Part shown: positions 57,901 to 64,000 of the stretch, in pieces
Layout of the letters: each line of letters begins with the position of its first letter
How positions within the stretch are numbered: position 1 is the stretch's first letter
NCBI GenBank assembly: GCA_027923505.1
Contig: BROI01000003.1
Span: 310,001 to 374,000 of the forward strand
Length of the DNA stretch: 64,000 nt
From: Mayamaea pseudoterrestris
Taxonomy: Eukaryota
Direction: 5' to 3'
Notes under the pieces: generated by a model
What the model saw: only the letters and a program-made list of their open reading frames with translations
What the model was told of the DNA's origin: nothing
The model's database searches: none
Translations under genes and position numbers: made by a program

Positions 57901-59085
57901 CTGCGACTGCTGTCGCTGCATGAGCGCCTGCTGCTGTTGCTGGTGGAGACGCAAGTGCTGCTCGGTGAGTGTCGCTGGTTGCGCTTGTTGCTGCTGCTGC
58001 TGCGATTGTTGTTGTTGTTGTTGCTGCGGTTGCGCCGACGTGAGACTCGTTTCGGAACTAATGGAGCGCATTCCCAAGCTACCGTGACCACTGGTGGCGC
58101 CGCCCGGAAACGGCTGCTGCGCGCGCTGCAGCACGGTCGGATCCGTCACCTGCTGCTGCTGCGACTGCATGTAGAATTGCTGCTGCTGCAGTTGCTGCCG
58201 CATCAACGAGTTGCTGTTGCTGGCTGTCAATGTATTATTGTTAGCACCAGCCACTGGCTGCTGCATTTGCAGATTCGCCGCGGCGTTTCGCAGGGCTGCG
58301 ACTGCCGCGTTGGCCGCCACGGCCGTGGTGCCACCCTGCTGAATCTGCTTTTGCAGATTGGCAAACTGCTGCTGAAACAATATTTGCTGCGAGGCTGTCA
58401 CTGCCGTGCGACCCTGCTGCTGCTGATCCAGTGGTGATAATGGCTGCTGCTGCTGCACATTCATTCCAGCGCTTGCTGCGGCACCAAGCATATTAGTCTG
58501 CTGCTGCGGCGACGGAAACATGGCATTCTGCTTTCCCTGCTGCTGCTGCAATATTTGTTGCTGCGCCTGCTGAAAGTTCCCCGTCAGCGTCGCCTGGTTG
58601 GACATTTGTTGCTGCTGCAATATGGCCTGCATGTTTTGCATGGACGCTTGGCCGCCGCCAGTGAGCGAGTGACTGTTGCGTTGCTGCAGCGGATGGTTCA
58701 TGGTTGCCATGGCCATGAGGCGGGCGCTGCTGCCCGTGCTGGCGTCCAGCGACGATGCGTCGACGACGAGTCCCATTGGTTGTTGCTGCTGCGCGCCCCA
58801 CATGGTCGAGTGGAGCATGTTGCTGTTTGTGGCAGTGGATGCAGCTGCTGTATTATTATTACTTGGATATTGCTGCTGCTGCTGCATCATGGCGTAGGCG
58901 GTTGGATTCATCACTGGCGACGCATATTGCTGTTGCTGCTGGTGATTCATAGCAGCGTTCCCTTGCTGCTGCTGATTGTTCCAATTGTACTGCGCCTGGA
59001 GCTGCTGCTGGAGTCGCTGCATGTCCAACGCACTTGGATTCGTCGCGCCTCCGGCTGCCGCGCCGCTGCTGCCATTGTGTTGCAT
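51930..59085 (-). CDS. CBP: CBP/p300-type histone acetyltransferase (Q-rich, KIX-like, TAZ, bromodomain, PHD, KAT11, ZZ, TAZ), 3 exons
   Basis: QQRLLLLRHASKC (TAZ), GWVFADPVDP...PDYFDVVKNPM (bromodomain), RRVYISYLDSV and HIWSCPP (HAT), CPDFDLC (ZZ). Confidence 0.95.
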
Positions 59086-60201
59086 GATGATTCAAGAAAC
59101 CGAGTATGTATATAGCCTGTCAAGTAGATCCCCAGAGGTGTGAAGATGGATGCGACGAGTATTCACACTTGCACCAAAATGTGCGACTCCGTCTGCCGTT
59201 CCCGATTACAAATATTAGCGTTGCAGCTGGACCACAAAATGGACTAGCGCTTTTGACTACAGCAGCAATCAAGACTGTATATATTGATAACAACTGCAAG
59301 ACTACCTTCTCGACAAGTGAGGTGCGAAAATGATATACGTGTTGTTAAAACGGACACGAGACGAATCAATACTTGGACGTGTCTTTCCGATGGGCTGACG
59401 ACCACGAGTACTGCGAGCGTATCAAGTTCAGGTTTGGAGCTGGAAGGACGAGATTGATTTTTCAATCATTCCCCTGCAGTCGCTTTCAGAATGACTATGT
59501 TGAACATGTCACATTGAAACATTGCCGGAACTGCAGAGGAGTCGCAACAGGTTGCGCGGTCGTTCGACTCGTTCCGGTGAATCGTGAAAAGCTGTTCCTC
59601 AGACATCGTTACAAAATGTCCCTGTAGAATTGCCACGCGCAACAACTACGAGCGAATGTTGGGAAGGAACGGAACCATTCTTCATGGTTCTTTCAATTCA
59701 GCGTCGACTCATCGGCACTCGGCGATCATTTTGAAAAAGCTATGCCTTGCATAAAGTGGAAGAAGAATTACCTTTACCAGTAGCTTCACTTTATTTGTGT
59801 GCTTGTTTTGCATTGAATACATACCGTCATGCTAATTGGTTCACCTGCAAGAGCTGGAGGGGCGACAGATCCGAGGCTTGACTGTGAGGTGCGGCGGCTC
59901 GTTCGTCGCGAACGGAACTACGGTACTTGCGGCAGCACTACTTTATCAGCACACGATCGATACAGCAAAAGCAAAAAGCACGAAATGCGTAGGCATATCC
60001 ATCTTACAGTATAATTTACACATGGCTACTGTACCGGTAACTAACATTGAAGCACGCTCCTGTGCACCTTTCTTTAGCGTGGGTGCATCACCAGCCGCCC
60101 TGTCATCCAACTTAACCAACGGGTATAGATACTACAGAATACTCAAGCGTTGGCATTCATTTCTTTCAAATAGCGCAAAATATTGATTTGTAACAAATCT
60201 G

Positions 60202-61038
60202 CTAGTTTTCTTTCTTTACTTCTCCGTTGGAAGCATACTTTGTTTGCCACTCGGTGAGATTTTGTCGCATTCGAACGTTCAGCTTGCAGCAAGGCCTGTA
60301 TGGTTTGATCCCCAGGTCAAAGGCCTTTTCCCAATCGGAATACAAGCCTGCCTTGACCAGGCACGCCGTCATGATGGTCGTGCTGCGTCCGCGACCATGT
60401 GCGCAGTGAATCAACACGTCACCATCCTTTTGTGCTTCAACGGCAAAGCAAGCAGCTTGTTCAATTTGGTCCGGCGACGCTGGAACACCATCCCACGTTT
60501 GAATACTGAGATAGTCTCTCGTCCTCTTGATGCAGCTCTCCGGAAACTCGACGGTCAAATCGACAATGCCCGTCCAATCCTTGTCGAGCTTGTGGGCGTA
60601 GCAACCACCAAGCCACCAGCCGGGCTGCACTTCCGTGGCTTGGGGAACTTCTTCTAGAATTGTCTTGCCGTCCTTTTCAACTGCCTGTGTCCCATACTCG
60701 AGGTGAAGGTGGGTGTATAACATGGAAGGTAAATGGAAGGGATAAAATATCACATAGCTCCACCAAGGAATTTCGCCAGTCTTTTTGTTCTTCCCTATAA
60801 TTTCCATTCCAGCTTCTAGCTTGAATAGTATAGCAATGAGACAATTCAGAAACGCTGAATACGCTAGCGTCAAAACCGTCAACGACTGCAGGACACGCTG
60901 CATGGTGTACGTTAGCAGCTCCATGAGGGCCACTCGATCACCATCGACCGAGACCGAGCGAATCATGGCGACGTATCCGGCGAATGAGAGGACGCTGACG
61001 GCGACATATTTGAGATAGACGCCATGAACAGTTCCCAT
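60202..61038 (-). CDS. Membrane-anchored dual-specificity protein phosphatase-like protein
   Basis: HCAHGRGRS (CX5R), DLTVEFPE, TWDG and N-terminal TM helices. Confidence 0.8.
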   Translation of the reverse strand: MGTVHGVYLKYVAVSVLSFAGYVAMIRSVSVDGDRVALMELLTYTMQRVLQSLTVLTLAYSAFLNCLIAILFKLEAGMEIIGKNKKTGEIPWWSYVIFYPFHLPSMLYTHLHLEYGTQAVEKDGKTILEEVPQATEVQPGWWLGGCYAHKLDKDWTGIVDLTVEFPESCIKRTRDYLSIQTWDGVPASPDQIEQAACFAVEAQKDGDVLIHCAHGRGRSTTIMTACLVKAGLYSDWEKAFDLGIKPYRPCCKLNVRMRQNLTEWQTKYASNGEVKKEN

Positions 61039-61364
61039 GGTATGTTATCGTGTAAAGTGAAGGTAGACGTGGAACCGAAGGCTGTAATGTTGCTCGTTCG
61101 ATTGGCAGACGAATTAGCGGAGGCTCGTGGTGCGGATGATTGGCGAAAGTCATTGTCGACTTGCGTGACGGGACTCAGCTGGCATTGGGTCATTTTGGTA
61201 TCTTGAGCCAATGTACAAAACGTGTTGTCGATGTCGCTCCGGCCACCCGGAGTTTTGGCGAGAAAGCGAGTCAAAGCAACGGCCATTTTCCATTCTTCGT
61301 CGCATTCTTCTTCCATTCATCTGTCATCTGATTGACTACCGAGTAAGTCTTATAGACTACCAAC

Positions 61365-62384
61365 ATGACGACTACATTTGGCAAGGAGAACTGGAAAGCA
61401 AATTCACCTCCGGTGAAGTCACATGGCAAACGGGGGCTCGGCGACTACGGCGAGCATTCTTCGCACGTCGACTGCTCCCAGCAGCAGCCACCCAAGATAG
61501 ATGAAGAGAAGGCCATCATGATGGAGAAGGCTCAGCGAGGCTTGCGTTGGTCGCTGAAGGACTTTGAGATTGGCCGACCGCTAGGTAGAGGCAAGTTTGG
61601 CCATGTTTACCTCGCTCGCGAAAAGCAGTCAGGCTGGATCGTTGCCATCAAGGTGCTTGAAAAATCGCAGCTCCTTCGGTCCAATGTCGAGCATCAACTC
61701 CGTCGCGAAATCGAAATCCAAAGCGACCTTCGCCACCGCAACATTCTCCGCATGTACGGTTACTTTTACGACGAAACTCGCATCTACCTCATTCTTGAAT
61801 ACTCGGCCGGAGGCGAGCTTTACAAGAAGCTTGTCCGACATCGTACTTTTCCAGAAAAGGTGGCGGCTCGGTACATTACGGATCTTGCGGGAGCCTTGCG
61901 CTACTGTCACCAGCGTCACATTATTCATCGCGACATTAAGCCGGAGAACCTTCTGATAGGTTTCAATGGCGAAATCAAGCTCGCTGACTTTGGATGGTCG
62001 ATTCATACGCCCAGCGCTCGCCGCATCACTCTTTGCGGGACGCTGGATTACTTGCCTCCGGAAATGGTGGAGGGCCGCGAGCACGATGAGCGAGTCGATG
62101 TTTGGGCTCTGGGTATCCTCCTGTACGAGTTCTTGGTCGGCAATCCTCCGTTTGAATCAAGCACGCACGGTGCCACGTATCGCCGCATTTCGTCCATTGA
62201 CTTGCGCTTTCCTCGCAACATTCAGGAAGACGCACAGGACCTCATTCGTAAGCTGCTCGTCAAGGATCCGGCCAAGCGCATGCTCTTGTCCAAAATCCCT
62301 GAACATCCGTGGATCAAGCGCGCGTTGACCAAGTCAAAGGCGACGCCAATGAGCCAACACAAACTAGCGAGCCGCGTTGTGTAA
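61365..62384 (+). CDS. AUR: Aurora kinase
   Basis: [28 protein letters not shown] and [13 protein letters not shown]. Confidence 0.95.
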   Translation: MTTTFGKENWKANSPPVKSHGKRGLGDYGEHSSHVDCSQQQPPKIDEEKAIMMEKAQRGLRWSLKDFEIGRPLGRGKFGHVYLAREKQSGWIVAIKVLEKSQLLRSNVEHQLRREIEIQSDLRHRNILRMYGYFYDETRIYLILEYSAGGELYKKLVRHRTFPEKVAARYITDLAGALRYCHQRHIIHRDIKPENLLIGFNGEIKLADFGWSIHTPSARRITLCGTLDYLPPEMVEGREHDERVDVWALGILLYEFLVGNPPFESSTHGATYRRISSIDLRFPRNIQEDAQDLIRKLLVKDPAKRMLLSKIPEHPWIKRALTKSKATPMSQHKLASRVV

Positions 62385-62569
62385 GGCCTATAGAAGAGGT
62401 GTTGGAGCTATAAATACAAGATTTGAATAATAAACATGAATTAAAGATTAGTCATGGTAGCTTGTGTCTGAGCGGCATTTACGCTCCGTCGTGACGCTTC
62501 CATTTTCCATTCGACAACGCAGTCCATTACCCAAACATAAAGCACCTCAAACCATTCATTTCCATTATT

Positions 62570-64000
62570 ATGTTTTCGCTACGTCCCATAGTCGCATCCA
62601 TACTCTTGCGTCAAGGATTGGTGTCGGCCTTTGCGCCGCCGGCTCGTTCGTTCCGTCGACCATTGTTTGCACTCCACGCAGCTGCATCAACATCACCCGT
62701 CCCCATGACACTGATCAGTGGCTTTCTTGGAACTGGCAAAACAACTGCACTCAAGCATTTGTTAGAAAATAAGGAGCAGCTCAAGATTGGCGTCATTGTC
62801 AATGACTTGGCGTCTGTCAACATTGACAGTAAACTCATTGCCGGATCAGCCAAGGGCGACATGGTGGAGCTTCAGAATGGATGCGCCTGCTGCAGTTCGG
62901 CGGATGAGCTCTTTGTGTCGGTCGAGCGACTGTTGGATGGAAGAGATTTGGATGCTGTCGTCGTGGAGTTGAGTGGAGTGGCGGATCCCATGGCGATCAA
63001 GAATAATTGGAAAATGGCTCCGCCGGCCATTCGAGAGATTGCTGATGTCGCTAGGGTTGTGACCATTGTGGATGCGAATACGTTTGGATCGGATTTCATG
63101 ACATGGGATCTTGCTGCTGAACGAAAGGATTGGGTTGATCCCGACGATGAATGCGCGGGAAGTCGAAAAGTGGCCGAGCTGCTCGCGGAGCAAGTGGAGG
63201 CTGCTGATTTGATTCTTGTCAACAAGGTGGATATGGCTACTGAAGAAGAAGCCAAGGTCGCCACTTCGGTCGCCAAGGCGCTGAATGACAAGGCTGATAT
63301 TCTACAAGTCGAGTTTGGCAAGGTGAGCCCCAGATCCATGATTAGCCTAAGCATGCCTGTGCCAATCGAACCTGCCCATGCCCACGACCACAAGCACGCT
63401 GACGAGGCCTGCAAGGACGCCGACTGCACCGATGCAACCCATTCGCACAATCATGATCATGCTTGCGCCGAGCCGGCATGTACCGATACATCGCACTCGC
63501 ACAGTCATGATCATGTTGCGTCGGACTGCGAGGACCCAGGGTGCACCGATACGTCCCACTCCCACACTCACAATCATCAATCAACAGCAATGGAAAATCT
63601 TGGAATCACTAGTTTTGTATACAAGGCTGACAAGCCATTTCACGCGAAACGCATCATGGACTTGCTGAGCAAGTGGCCAGTGCCCATCAAGGACACACTT
63701 GACTTGGGTCTCATTCAGGAAGCTCAATCGGATGGTTACTCTCTTGGTGGCGAGCATGTGGATGCTGATAGCCCTTTTCTTGGAGTCCTTCGCAGCAAGG
63801 GCTTTAGCTGGTTTGCTCCCTCCAAATGGAGTGGCGCAAATGACGATGCATGGAGGCACGAAACGGCCATGTACTGGAGTCATGCCGGCAAGCATTTTAG
63901 CATTTCGTCGGCTGGCAAGTGGTGGGCGACGGTACCAAAAGCACAAATCAAGGACTTGTTTGTGGACAACATGGATGAATACGAACGTATCTTAAGAGAC
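62570..64000 (+). CDS. COG0523/CobW-family metal-chaperone GTPase with predicted plastid presequence; runs off the window
   Basis: My translation, not in the ORF track: MFSLRPIVASILLRQGLVSA-FAP..., SGFLGTGKTT, ELQNGCACC, VELSGVADP, NKVD, a His/Cys-rich insert and LRSKG. Confidence 0.9.
   Translation, partial: MFSLRPIVASILLRQGLVSAFAPPARSFRRPLFALHAAASTSPVPMTLISGFLGTGKTTALKHLLENKEQLKIGVIVNDLASVNIDSKLIAGSAKGDMVELQNGCACCSSADELFVSVERLLDGRDLDAVVVELSGVADPMAIKNNWKMAPPAIREIADVARVVTIVDANTFGSDFMTWDLAAERKDWVDPDDECAGSRKVAELLAEQVEAADLILVNKVDMATEEEAKVATSVAKALNDKADILQVEFGKVSPRSMISLSMPVPIEPAHAHDHKHADEACKDADCTDATHSHNHDHACAEPACTDTSHSHSHDHVASDCEDPGCTDTSHSHTHNHQSTAMENLGITSFVYKADKPFHAKRIMDLLSKWPVPIKDTLDLGLIQEAQSDGYSLGGEHVDADSPFLGVLRSKGFSWFAPSKWSGANDDAWRHETAMYWSHAGKHFSISSAGKWWATVPKAQIKDLFVDNMDEYERILRD

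Noticed and set aside
57517..59085. CAG/CAA-rich tracts and Cys- or Leu-rich antisense ORFs
   Set aside because: They are explained by poly-Gln coding in CBP (likewise in the aureochrome). The antisense ORFs are shadows.
59100..60190. 1.1-kb intergenic region with short ORFs
   Set aside because: No recognisable domain, repeat or RNA motif. It is likely the CBP 5' UTR/promoter plus the phosphatase 3' end.

Overview
This is gene-dense eukaryotic nuclear DNA, most consistent with a pennate diatom. The evidence is short GT-AG introns, an aureochrome (bZIP-LOV), signal-peptide + AF(AP) bipartite plastid presequences, a nuclear PsbU-like gene, and DUF6824- and helicase-associated (HA)-domain genes. 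About 34 protein-coding loci can be supported. Most are housekeeping or regulatory: NDUFS7, PRORP, an FG-nucleoporin, PP2A-A, PECT, aureochrome, MED6, GLDH, AP2, eIF3g, an Hsp70-like protein, atlastin, Rab6, XAP5, SEN2, TAF5, PAN3, POP5, CBP/p300, Aurora kinase and a COG0523 GTPase. I found no rRNA, tRNA, CRISPR array or intact transposase. The least ordinary part is about 0.7-4.2 kb. It holds a free-standing His-Cys-box (I-PpoI-like His-Me finger) endonuclease ORF whose catalytic Asn appears replaced by Lys. That ORF converges across a (TA)n tract on a spliced HA-domain gene that the ORF track splits in two, and a decayed multi-HA pseudogene follows. Other points of interest are a TGACG(T/C) cluster upstream of the aureochrome, a CpG-depleted repeat/hairpin relic at 36.4 kb, a plastid-targeted PRORP lacking zinc ligands, and a plastid-targeted COG0523 with Cys/His repeats. 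All family calls come from motif recognition by eye; no database searches were run.
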